From Lytechinus pictus (lineage: Eukaryota), in the NCBI RefSeq assembly GCF_037042905.1, contig NC_087246.1, positions 4,776,001-4,840,000 of the forward strand: a stretch of 64,000 bases of DNA, read 5' to 3'. Under the pieces are notes generated by a model. The model ran no database searches and was not told the DNA's origin. It worked only from the letters and a program-made list of their open reading frames with translations. A program made the translations under genes and the position numbers. Positions 1 to 10,983 of the stretch are shown here, in pieces. Position 1 is the first letter of the stretch. Each line of letters opens with the position of its first letter.

Positions 1-133
1 TTCATTATTTGAAACAAAATGTTGAGTTGCGATCACGATTTTCAAATCCCTTTATACAAAGCGATGGGGAGGGGACATCTTCTGGATCTACTCTAGATCT
101 ACTCCTGGGTGGAGGAAGTAATATAGTACCTAC

Positions 134-313
134 CCATAAGAGGTGCCTTGTGCTCTAAGAGCTCTTGGTAGCTTGTGGCGATGATAGCGACGGGAGCATG
201 AGGATCAAAATGACCCTCCTTGACAATCCGTTTGCACATCTTCATCAGTTGGCAAGGAAACTGAGATGGATCAATGCCATAGTCTCTCCATCCCCCAACA
301 CCATCAGCAACAC
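134..313 (-). CDS. PPTC7: Protein phosphatase PTC7 homolog, coding exon 2 (gene continues beyond window start)
   Basis: Encodes [24 protein letters not shown]...[12 protein letters not shown], the PP2C/PTC7 ADGVGGW motif. AG acceptor at 314-315, GT donor at 132-133, 180 bp, phase 1 matching exon 1. Confidence 0.93.
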
Positions 314-582
314 CTTCACATAGAGAGAATGAACATAAGTCACTATTGAGTTCTAAAATCTTTGCGATCATTAAATAAAATAAAAATTGTTTGAGATCAA
401 TACACATCTAATACAATGTAATAAAACTACATTTACATGTATGTGTACAACATGTTTGCACCAACATCATTATGACTATTTTAATGAAAATTTTTCATCG
501 TGAATTGATCATCATGTCAATAACCAAAATAAAATATTTCTGAACTATTGTGTCATTGATCCCCAGTGACAATAATCATCAT

Positions 583-856
583 TAGTGGTTAAGACTCTCG
601 TCTTTCAATCTGAAGGACGTGGGTTTGATTCCAAGCCATGGCATGTTTTCCTTCAGCAAGAAATTTACCCACATTGTGCTGCACTCAACCCAGGTGAGGT
701 ATGTAAATGGGTATCGGCAGGAAGTAATTCTTCAAAAAGCTGTGCGCACCGGAATCGTTACACTAGGTTAACAGAGGTAATATAGGAGCGCCTTGAGCAC
801 CTAGCAAGGTGGATATGTGTGAGCACTATACAAATCCTATATTATTATTTTATTAT
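583..856 (+). mobile_element. tRNA-derived SINE (slightly 5'-truncated)
   Basis: A-box TAGTGGTTAAG, B-box GGTTTGATTCC, body tgtgctgcactcaacccaggtg shared with 23100-23378, (ATT)n tail. Confidence 0.8.
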
Positions 857-1054
857 CATTATCTCCTCATTATAAAGATTTAACTCCTAATTCACCACCA
901 CCCTCATCATAAATAACACTTTACACATACATGTAACTTTCTTATTCCTGGTTCAATTTCTTTCAACTTCCATTAGTCTGTTTTTCTAATTTTTCTTGTT
1001 TCACACAAATAATTTTATTACTAAGGCTGGATTCCCCATAACATCTCTAGCCAA

Positions 1055-1480
1055 GGGTGTTGTTCTCATTACGCTTTCTAAAACTAGTATACTGGAAACC
1101 GATTCAGGAAACCAGTTTGAAAGATCACTTTGCTAGCGTTCCCACTTGATCACACAAAAGTGGATTTCAAAATCACTTCACACAAAGCGATCTTGTTGCT
1201 ATAGAAACGCTCTCAGTGGGGTGACGCGATTCACGCAAAATTCGAAACCGTGTGGAGTAGTGCGCTCAAAACGTGCCAAGATCGCTTCCCGAAGAACGGT
1301 TGTGTCCTCACTTACGCTAAAACCAGTTTAACGAGGCAAAGCGATCTTGAAAACTACATCGCGAGGTGGTTTTCTGAACCGGTGTGGAAGATCGCTTAGA
1401 CCGTTCTCACTACACATAAAACTAGTTTCTACTAAAATAGTTTCTAAACTAGTTTTAGGAAGGTAGTGAGAACGGTGTCT
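1055..1480. mobile_element. MITE with ~30-bp TIRs (PIF/Harbinger-like)
   Basis: gttctcattacgctttctaaaactag ... ctagttttaggaaggtagtgagaac inverted ends; non-coding. Confidence 0.65.
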
Positions 1481-2097
1481 ATATTATCATCAACAGTGCC
1501 ACCTTCATTCTCATTGTAACATGTGAAATCATGAAAGTGTTGGAAAGTTTAGTTGTGTATCTTGTATTCATAGACTGCAATCAACAATTTTGTACATGAA
1601 ATCTCTTTGATACATTAAATGCAAAATATGTGCATTAAACAACAACCACAAAACATGGCGATCTTAAATTTACATGTAGTCCAACAGCATGGATGTAAAT
1701 ATGTGGAAGCTGGGACAATGTCACAATATCAACACTGTTGTTTTTCACATCAAACTGTGCTGATTCCTCTGACTGATTTGTGTGTGTGTGCGCGTGCACA
1801 CGCCAAACGAGCATTAGAATCATTAATTTATTTTTGCTTTCACTTTCCTATTTTAATGTGCAGTGCACCTTGCCATTATTACATGTTTAGGCATTGCTTT
1901 AAAAATATGATAATCAATGTTACTGTTAGACAGTATATTTTTATGTAGACCTACGTTTACATTTAATTAGAGTGAAATCACTGAATGTGGCTATACATTG
2001 GGATTTATACTAAAAATAATTATGCAATGTCTTTCATCATTGCATTAGTAAACAGAGAGCACCCTGAACTAATAACTACTGGAATTCATTGGATTAA

Positions 2098-2582
2098 AGG
2101 GGAAGTTCACCCTGACAAATATTTATCGTAAAAACAGCAGAAAAATAATAAAAAACATTGCTGAAGGTTCGAGATAAATCCATCTAAAAATAAAAAGTTA
2201 TCATAATTTTAATCATTTGATTTATGGCATCATATGCGAGCAGCTTTCCTACATCATATGGTAAAAAATCAAATTGAAATGTCATTTTTTCAGAACATTA
2301 AAAATGTTTTTTACTGTACCTTCAGTATATCAATAGACAATCGTTTCACACCCATCTCTAAAAAGAAAACAAAAATAAAGTCACCACGAACCATTACAAA
2401 ACTTGAAATTTAGGCATTTTCTATTACATAACATATGGGGAAGCTGCTCATTGATGTCACAAATCAAAAAAATTCTAGTAACTTTCATCTTTAGTTTAAT
2501 GGATTTTCCTCAAACCTTCACCAGTATTTTTAAAATTTTATCTGCAATTCTTACAACAAACTTCTCAGTGTGAATTTCCCCT
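2098..2582. mobile_element. TTAA-flanked MITE (Kolobok-like)
   Basis: TTAA|aggggaagttcac ... gtgaatttcccct|TTAA, with internal inverted symmetry. Confidence 0.8.
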
Positions 2583-5045
2583 TTAACAAACCATTTGGAA
2601 CTAAATAATTCCCTAGATACATGTACATGTAGGCTTACACGCCTCACAGATAAAACAATGCCTTGGGTAAGCCAGTAAGACTAATTAAAAAAAGATATAC
2701 ATGTATGTACCCGGTACATGAAATGGTGAAGCACTTGACATTAAAACAAAACAGATGATTTGCCTTTATAATACATTACACACTTTAACTACACTGGTCA
2801 CAGCCCTTCCTCCTGACACATTTTTACTCACTACGCAATAGTAGTAAGGTCAATGGTGTGTGTACCCCTGAGGGGAGTTCAGAATACTGAGCGCTATGAA
2901 AGTCACCTTCAGGTGAATAAAGGCTGCCCTCGTGTGGAGGCCTTGAGGAGAACATGAACAATAAGATGAAATGGGAGATCAGATGAGTGTGCAGGGGGAT
3001 TTATTGATTATTGGTGCTTGTTTGTGAATTGCAAAATACACTACGGAAAGTTAGTTATTTCTACATGTATACTACTAGTACTCGCATTTCTACTGAATTT
3101 CAAGTATTGTCATCTACTATCAAATGGAGGCTTTATGTACTTTATTTGTTCATGTATTACATGTAAATGTGTACCGGTATTCACATTCACTGTAAATAAT
3201 TTTCATGTAATAATATCGAAGTTGTGAACAAAATAAGTTTCCGATATGGATGAATAAAGATGAACTTTGAACTTTGAAAAAAAAAATCAATCATGCAGAT
3301 ATATTACACATAGATCTATCAGAAAAAAAGAGCAGGCCTGCATACTGTACATGCAGAGTTCTTTTATTTGATTTTATAGTAGGACTTTGAAGAAAAATAA
3401 TAAAACTACTGTATAGAGTAGGGTCTGTCAAAACATTTCTATTTTTATATCCTTCAGTTTGTATTATTAATCATTTTTTGTCATATTCTTTAATCAGGCA
3501 AAGTCAGTGGGAAGACACTGTAAAAAAAATGACTATAAGGGAACGGCAAAAAATATATCTGGAAAAAAGTGTGAGAAAAGTCCTGCCCTATATTTGCTAA
3601 AATGTCAGAAAAATCCACATTTCATATCAATGAAATGCCTTCCCAAAGTATTTAGTTTCTCAAGAATGGTTTAAGAAGTCATTTATAAACAATAAAGAAA
3701 GAAATTATATTCAATTTTGGCTAGAAAAGACACAGCTTCGAAAGAAACTAAGTATCAACACACATACAAATGCAGTATGTGGGACTGTACTGTACTCACC
3801 TAGATGGGTTTTTATGTGTATTAATTCATTTGAAATTTGGTCTTTTTTAGTCAAAAGAGAGGTCATAATTCCTCTTTCTAATGCTTCCAAATAATAAGGG
3901 TACACCAGATTTTAGCAATATGGACTGTAGTAGGGCATTTCAATGGTGTTAAGTGACTTTGACTTAGATTTACAAAGTTCTGCACATGGAAGATTTCTTA
4001 GCAGCAGCATTTCGTATCGCAGCTACGTCCGTAGGCTGCTAGTTGCAATGGCTTCATGCCGTACATGCATATGCCGGCGCCAGCGCAACCGGCCTGATAT
4101 AGCTAATGTATTGTCATGACTATGCAAACTTTGTGTGTGAGTGTATTTGTGTGTAGATTGAAGAAAATGTCCGAAGACGATCTGGCTTGCAATTTGAACT
4201 GTAGAAAGTTGATAAAAATGCATGCAAAATCAGGAGAAAAATTGTGCTACTTTAAAAATTATTGGTTGCCCAATTTGGGCCACCAAAACTTATCATTTTT
4301 CAATAATGGTTGCCCGAGGTCAATTTCTGGTGGCCCCGGGCCACCGCTTATGTCGAGCCCTGCCTCAATTAAAGAGATGGTCCAGGCTGCCAGCTGGAGA
4401 TATTTATATCTCAATAAATACAAAATAGAGTAAAATTCACAAAGCAAAATGCTGAAATTTAATCAAAATCGGATTAAAAAAAAAAAACCGAAATTATTGA
4501 ATTTTAAAGATTTGCAATATTCCGGTATAACAGTTTTAGGCATGACTTTATGAATATTCAGAATTACATGTAGGTGGGCTAATGATGTCATACATGTATC
4601 CCCACTTGTTCTTCTGTATTTCATTATATGAAATTAGGTTTAGAGGTCTATTAAAAAATTTTCTACCAAGAAATAAAACAATTGGATTGACAATTAACTG
4701 ATTAAGTGCATTAGTTATAAATTTATTGCCTTAACTTATTTCATCATAATGGAGACACGTACACATCATTTACACATGAAAAAATGAAACATTTATTAAT
4801 ATTATTTCAGGGGGTAATAAAAAAAAAAGGAAAGGGGGGATGTGACATCATCAGCCCACCTAATGGATATTCATGACGATGTGCATAACTGTTTCACAGA
4901 ATATTGATAAACTTTAAAATTCAATGTGTCAATAACTTCTGTTATTTGTTATCTGATTTTGATGAAATTTTCAGCACTTTCATTATGCTCTGTAAATTTT
5001 ACTCTCTACCTTAGCAGTCTAGATCGAGGCCTATTAAGATTTTCA

Positions 5046-7286
5046 GGCGCTAGTGTAGTTTTGCACCTCCCCGTTTAATGGTTTTCAAACATGTACAATC
5101 TCACCCTAAATAATTCACAACCTAAAATACTTGCATCTGAGCCTCCAAAGTCCAGTAGAAGTTGAATATTTGCTGTTTTGACAATTTTTTTTACAAAGTT
5201 TTACACCTATTTCGGAATCACTGCACATAAGCAGTCGGTACGCGTACAGTACGTACCACCTAGTGAAGTGCAAGAAGAGCGAGTTTTCAAAAAGATTTTT
5301 TTCCCCTCTTTCAGCTTGCACCAAGTATTACCGTAGTGGTTGTGCAGAGTTGGTTAATGTTTGTTGTGTGAAGGTGTGTGTGGGGTGTGCGTGTGTGTGC
5401 TTGTTTGAATGAAATAAGAAATGTGAAAAATGTGAATACACGTAGATTTAGCGATGAAATAAGAAATAATAATGTAGACCCTTGTTTTGAACTCTAGGTC
5501 CCACCCTGCCCTCCCCCACTGACAGAATTTCTAATTGGTCACTTTTGCAGAAAACATTACGAACTGACGGTTAAAAATTATTTTTTTATGCTTACCACCC
5601 CCCCCCCCCCCCCCCCACCCGCTCATCAGCTCTTGAGCGGCTTTTTGTGACCTCTTTACGCTCAAGTACTGATTCATGCCCACGTTTCTCAACGGGTAGG
5701 GAAGCTGGTCTCCGCCACCTCCCCCCCCCCCCTTCACAAATCCTGGATCCGCCTTTGATATACATGTATATAAATCTCAGCACCCCGGTGAAAAAAAATT
5801 GTTCCCAGGGCCTTGGCTCTCTCTGCCACTTTTTATTGTTTTTCCATCCGACTGCACAAACATAAATATTCATTTGTATATAATCAACCAATCATAGATG
5901 AACATAAGCATGGATGAGTATAACTTTAAGGAACCAATCAGAAATCATCAAAGTTATACGAAGGGTAAACCTAAATGGATATCAGGTGCAGTTAGTGTGC
6001 GAGACTGAGAGTAATGACATACACGTAATATGATCACCTCCCTGCATGTAGTGAGTGTATGCGCATGCAAACAAAAGGATGAAATGTACATCCCAGGTGG
6101 TATGGATGGAGATGGTAGGCATGTGAAAAATTGAAAAATGTAATCTACTAGCATGAAATCAACATAGCATACAATCAACATAGCATACAATTGTAAACTG
6201 AAGGAAAGTTCTCTGACCTAGAGTTCAAAACAAGGCTCTACATTATTATTTCTTATTTCATCGCTAAATCTATGTGTATTCACATTTTTCACATTTCTTA
6301 TCTCATTCAAAAAATCACACACACGCACACCCCACACACATACCTTCACACAACAAACATCAACCACTCTACACAACCACTACCGTAATACTTGGTGCAA
6401 GCTGAAAGAGGGGAAAAAAATCTTTTTGAAGATACCATAGAAAAACTCGCTCTTCGGCGACAATAGTCAAATATGACTAATCGCCACTCAAACCAACATA
6501 AGAAGAACTTCTTGCACTTCACTAGGTGGTACGTACTGTACGCGTACCGACTGCTTATGTGCAGCGCTGAGCTTGATCAAGAGACCGAGTGATTCCGAAA
6601 TAGGTGTAAAACTTTGTAAAAAAGTGTCAAAACGGCAAATATTCAACTTCTACTGGACTTTGGAGGCTCAGATGCAAGTATTTTAGGTTGTGAATTATTT
6701 AGGGTGAGATTGTATGATGGGGGGACCTAAAGCTACGCACTTTGTTTTCAAACAGTAAAAACTATCCCAATTTTAATATTTCAACAAATATCTTTCACTA
6801 ATCTGTGGCAAACATTCTAAAGATCATTAACCAAGAAGAAAATATCGCAAAACTCACTAATACGAAAATCCCGCCATGTTTTCCGAACACCTCTTGATTT
6901 CGCCACCCGATGTAGAAGGGGTCCTAAAGCTACGCACTCGATTTATCATGCAAAAAAATAGTATTTCCTGTGCCTCAATTTCTAAAATATATTCATATTA
7001 GTATAGGAAAAAATGAAATTTAAGCGAATATAACTCCAAAATTCCAAACAGTTGTTGGTTTCTCTGCATTTAGAGATTTACTGCAGCCACTGTAGAAAAA
7101 TTTGAATAGGAATCGTTCGTCACTCTGCAGTCACAGTTCCACACACAGAGTGCGCATTTGCCATAAAAACTGTATGCGCGATGAGTGGTGCGTAGCTTTA
7201 GGACCCGCGCAGCTTTAGGACCCCCTGCCATACATGTTTGAAAACCATTAAACGGGGAGGTGCAGGTGCGAAACTACACTAGCGCC
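5046..7286. mobile_element. Non-autonomous foldback (long-TIR, Mutator-like) element, 8-bp TSD GATTTTCA
   Basis: 5046-5500 is the reverse complement (with indels) of 6215-6714 plus 7231-7286. GG...CC ends; GATTTTCA at 5038-5045 and 7287-7294. Confidence 0.85.
6715..7230. mobile_element. MITE with TA TSD inserted in the right arm of the foldback element
   Basis: TA|tgatggggggacctaaagctacgc ... gcgcagctttaggaccccctgcca|TA. The left arm shows the empty site (atgtacaatc, 5091-5100). Four copies of the cctaaagct motif. Confidence 0.85.
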
Positions 7287-7386
7287 GATTTTCATCCCAG
7301 GGCCAGACCATCCATTAACTAAGTTTAAGTTTAAGCCGTTTTTTTTTTTAAACAAACTGATTTTCATCTTGGCCCACACAACTTAC

Positions 7387-7627
7387 CAAGGACATCGAAT
7401 CCTTTGTACTTGGCTACGAAACATGCATCATCTCCAAACATTCCCTGTTTGAAGACACGGCTGTTCACATCTGCAGCGGCATCATCCTTCGAGAAACCGC
7501 ATGATGCGGTAACCAGGCGCATTCGTCTCGGATCCCTCCTGTACTCGATGCTCCTACTCGCATCATACGGTACATATCCCATCACAGCACGGGCAATTTG
7601 GCGCCCATAAACCAAAACTGACTGCAT
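7387..7627 (-). CDS. PPTC7: Protein phosphatase PTC7 homolog, coding exon 1
   Basis: MQSVLVYGRQIARAV...LVTASCGFSKD...GMFGDDACF...DVL(G), a typical PTC7 N-terminus with an Arg-rich targeting-like leader. GTAAGT donor at 7381-7386; 241 nt, phase 1. Confidence 0.93.
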
Positions 7628-7729
7628 AATTCCGTAGATTAATATCTACTCCTCGAGAAAACATTCGTAGATTTTAGAAAACTTTGAGAAATAGGAGCTA
7701 AATCACACTACAATTCCAAGTGATCATTG

Positions 7730-7765
7730 TCACACTTCCAGCCACATGCATCGCCATTTTGCCAG
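7730..7765 (-). promoter_or_regulatory. Putative PPTC7 proximal promoter/5' UTR motifs (YY1-like AAAATGGCG, ETS-like GGAAGTG)
   Basis: cgccatttt at 7752-7760 and cacttcc at about 7733, roughly 110-130 bp upstream of the ATG. Motif match only. Confidence 0.4.
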
Positions 7766-8844
7766 TCGTCGGCTATAGCCGGCCTATAGTATACAAATAA
7801 TGCATGCAGCCGAGTGCGTTAGTGGAAATGCAGAGCACGCGAGGTTTCTTTAGATAGGAGTCGCACTGTGCACGAGCCGCTTGCGGCGAGTGCCCAGTGT
7901 GCTCCATCTGAAGAAACCGAGCTTTCTCTGCATTTACTTTTACGCACGACAGAGCAAGTGCATTATTTGTTTTATAAAATAGCAACACAGAAACAATTTT
8001 TTAAAAAGTTACAGTACAGTTTTGTTGGACTTCTACCGCACTGGTTTGCTCGAGCGTGCAATGTCAATTTTCGTTGCACACCTTTTGCACTACCGTGCTG
8101 CAGTGCACAAAAAAAGTTGGATGTCATGTGACGCGTATTGACCAATCGCGATGCTTGAAATAATACAGCTATTTTATAATGTTTATCAATTACGTCATAT
8201 GCGTGGATGCGAAATAATAAAGGAGCAAATGGGCAAATTGTTTATGTAGGCCCCATTTGATGGTGTTTAATCATTCGAGAAAAATACATTTGTAGGCCTA
8301 TATCATAACGGAGATTTGATTATTTGTTTAGATACCCCTACATCTAAAGTCGACCTATCCGACATAAGCACTCCCCCCCCCCGGGCCCCTGCTACCACTC
8401 TGCGACTTGCTGCACAGGAGGCCGAGGCCGAGGAGGAACGTGCGAGCCAGAATGTTGCCGCCATCTCGCGGTAAAAACATTAGAACTAATAATGAGCCTA
8501 GCCACGGTGGTGCAATTTTGATAAAGTTTTTAGAATTTTTAGATAAATCTCCAACGTTTGCAATGAATCGATACTGAATATTACTATTAGAGAACCATGC
8601 CCCCCCCCCCCTCTAAAAAAATATTTAGAGTAAGAAAAAAGAAAATAAAATGGAATGAGTGATATGAGTCTCTGCATGTCCCGTAAAATGTCAAGTCCGA
8701 ATATCATTTTTTTTTAGCTCGCACTTCTCGCTTGCATTATTGAAATTATTAAAATTAGTAAGATATATATCATTGTCAGCGATCTCTTGAAGAGCCTTTG
8801 AAATGTATTATCATTGCTGAGGTCAGTTTGTAATAGGTCCATGG

Positions 8845-10983
8845 CAGGGGCGGATCCAGCTTCCGCCGATAGGGGGGGGCCGAATTTTTTCACCCATATT
8901 TTCCCGATCGGCCACTCAAAGTTTATTTTTGTTTGTTTCTTTGAAGGGGTTGTCCCAGTGGCGTAATGAGTCAACAATTTTTAGGGGGCTCGATATGGCG
9001 TATCGCGTAAAATTAAGTTGCGAGCGAGCAAACATTTTGACATTTTTATTTCAAAATCCAAGTTCGTGGTAAATTTTGACATAATATTTGAAAAAATAAT
9101 GTTATATTTTATTCTTATCCCTTTACTTTTCTCATTTTTTTCTTGGTCGTGGATTTTTTTAGGGGGGGGGGGCAAAACGCCCATGTCCTAACAGTCGTTT
9201 CTTAGCTTCATTCTTATAAACAACATAAATGTGTAATAATCTCATAAACCCTATTTAAATAGTGTGAGCGCGAAGTGCGAGCTAAAAAAAATGAAATTTT
9301 ATGTATTTTGTCCTTAAAAATGAACATTCTGGGCAATGTTTGTGAACCTGAAGAAAATGCGTATGTAACTAACTAATTACTGCAAGTGCAAAGCGTGAGC
9401 AGAAAATTTTAGTATGAGTTCTGGCCTTGTCGAAAAGGAACCTGTTAAGGACGTTTTACAGTTAGCCATTAAGATGATACATATTTCAACAAATAAATAA
9501 TGCGAGCGCGAAGCGCGAGCTGAAAATATTTGACATTCCGACTTAAAAAATGACGTTCTATGTACTTTTTGTAATCATGAATGGTATAGGTATATAACCA
9601 AACAATTGATGCGAGCGCGAAGCGCGAGAGGAAAAAATTTGATTTCAAACCTAAAAACGGGGCACATTCTATTCATGTTTTGTAAATCATGAAAAAAGAT
9701 GGGTATAATTTGGTATCTTCCTACTTTAACAATGCAGAAAATGTTTTATATTTTGATCTAATACTGGATAAGTTTAGCACATTTTGAATAAAGATCAAGC
9801 TGCGTATTTCCATAAGCATGCGTGCGCGTGTTTAAGAGTTAGACAGAATCTGAATACATTTCATTTTTTATCATGAAAACCAATAATGCGAGCGCGTATA
9901 TATAGCGCGAGCTGAAAATATTTGATATTCCATATGAAGAGGGTCAATTTAAACACTATTTAAAGCACTGTGTAGGGAAATTATGAGGTGGATGTGGATA
10001 TCACTTAATAAATGATGCGATCGCGAAGCGCGAGCTGATATTTTATTATCATTTTGACCTAGGATCGGGACATTCTAGGCCCAAGGAAATTTTGACATCA
10101 TATGAAAAGGATGATCTTCCTACTCGTCTTCCTAAGCGCGATATGAAACTTGTCGATATCCCTTTTCGAAAGGGGGACAATTTAGTTATTAGGAATTCCT
10201 AAAATTGTTATCATATTTATCAATCTAATAAGCCTATAATGAGTGCTTGAAATTTGTTGACATAGAGGCCTGAAAACTGGATATTTTAAGCACTTTGTAA
10301 TCTTGAATAGGATTCATGGGTTGATATATTTGTAACAAATAATGCGAGCGCAAATCGCGAGCCGAATTTTTTTTATAAGCTGTCATAAATGCGGGATTTT
10401 AATAGTTTGTTAAATGCGAGCGCACGTCGCTAGCTCAGAGGCCTTCATTTTTTACAATCAGACACATGAAAAGGGATATTTTGAGAATTTTATGGAAAAC
10501 ACAAAGACAAAAGGTAGGCCTACTAGGCAAATTAGATAATGGGAGCGCACAGCGCAAGCTGCAAAATATTGATATTCACACCTTAAAACAGACATAAAAT
10601 AAATTCGTAAATCAAACAAAATAATGAAAGCTCCATGTCCGAGCTGAAATACGTTTTGTATATTGACTTCAAAACTTGATATCTTAAGCTACATAGCCTT
10701 TGAGAAAGTTATGTATCTCATCGAACAGACAATGCGAGCGCGAAGCGCGAGCGAAAATTTCAAAATATAGTCGGACATGAAATATCTTTAGAAATTTATT
10801 GTTTTCCAAGTCTTTCCCTGACCTTATTTTATTCGCTCGTCTTCCTCCTTTTATTTTCCTCTTCTTTTTCCTTCTTTCTTTCCCCTTCTTTTTCTTTTTT
10901 CTTTCTTTCCCCCTTTTTTCCCCCAATTTTTTGCTCCGCCAATAGGGGGGGGGGGGCCCTCGGCCCCCCTGGATCCCCCTATG
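8845..10983. mobile_element. hAT-like non-autonomous element with an internal degenerate ~120-bp tandem array
   Basis: caggggcggatccag ... ctggatccccctatg TIRs flanked by CATGG (8840-8844 and 10984-10988); about 14 copies of GCGAGCGCGAAGCGCGAGC-like motifs. Confidence 0.75.

Larger units (their letters stand above)
4373..7314. mobile_element. TTAA-flanked Kolobok-like MITE interrupted near its right end by a foldback element
   Basis: TTAA|agagatggtcc at 4369; degenerate right end agaccatcca|TTAA at 7315-7318; body 4373-5045 resembles 34263-34835. Confidence 0.6.

Noticed and set aside
3419..4362. Possible hAT-like element (tagggtctgtca...tgtcgagccctg)
   Set aside because: TIR match is weak and no TSD is seen.
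9260..10760. CRISPR-like repeat-spacer array
   Set aside because: Repeats are degenerate, spacers are ~100 bp and resemble each other, the array lies within TIRs and a TSD, and the context is eukaryotic with no cas genes.
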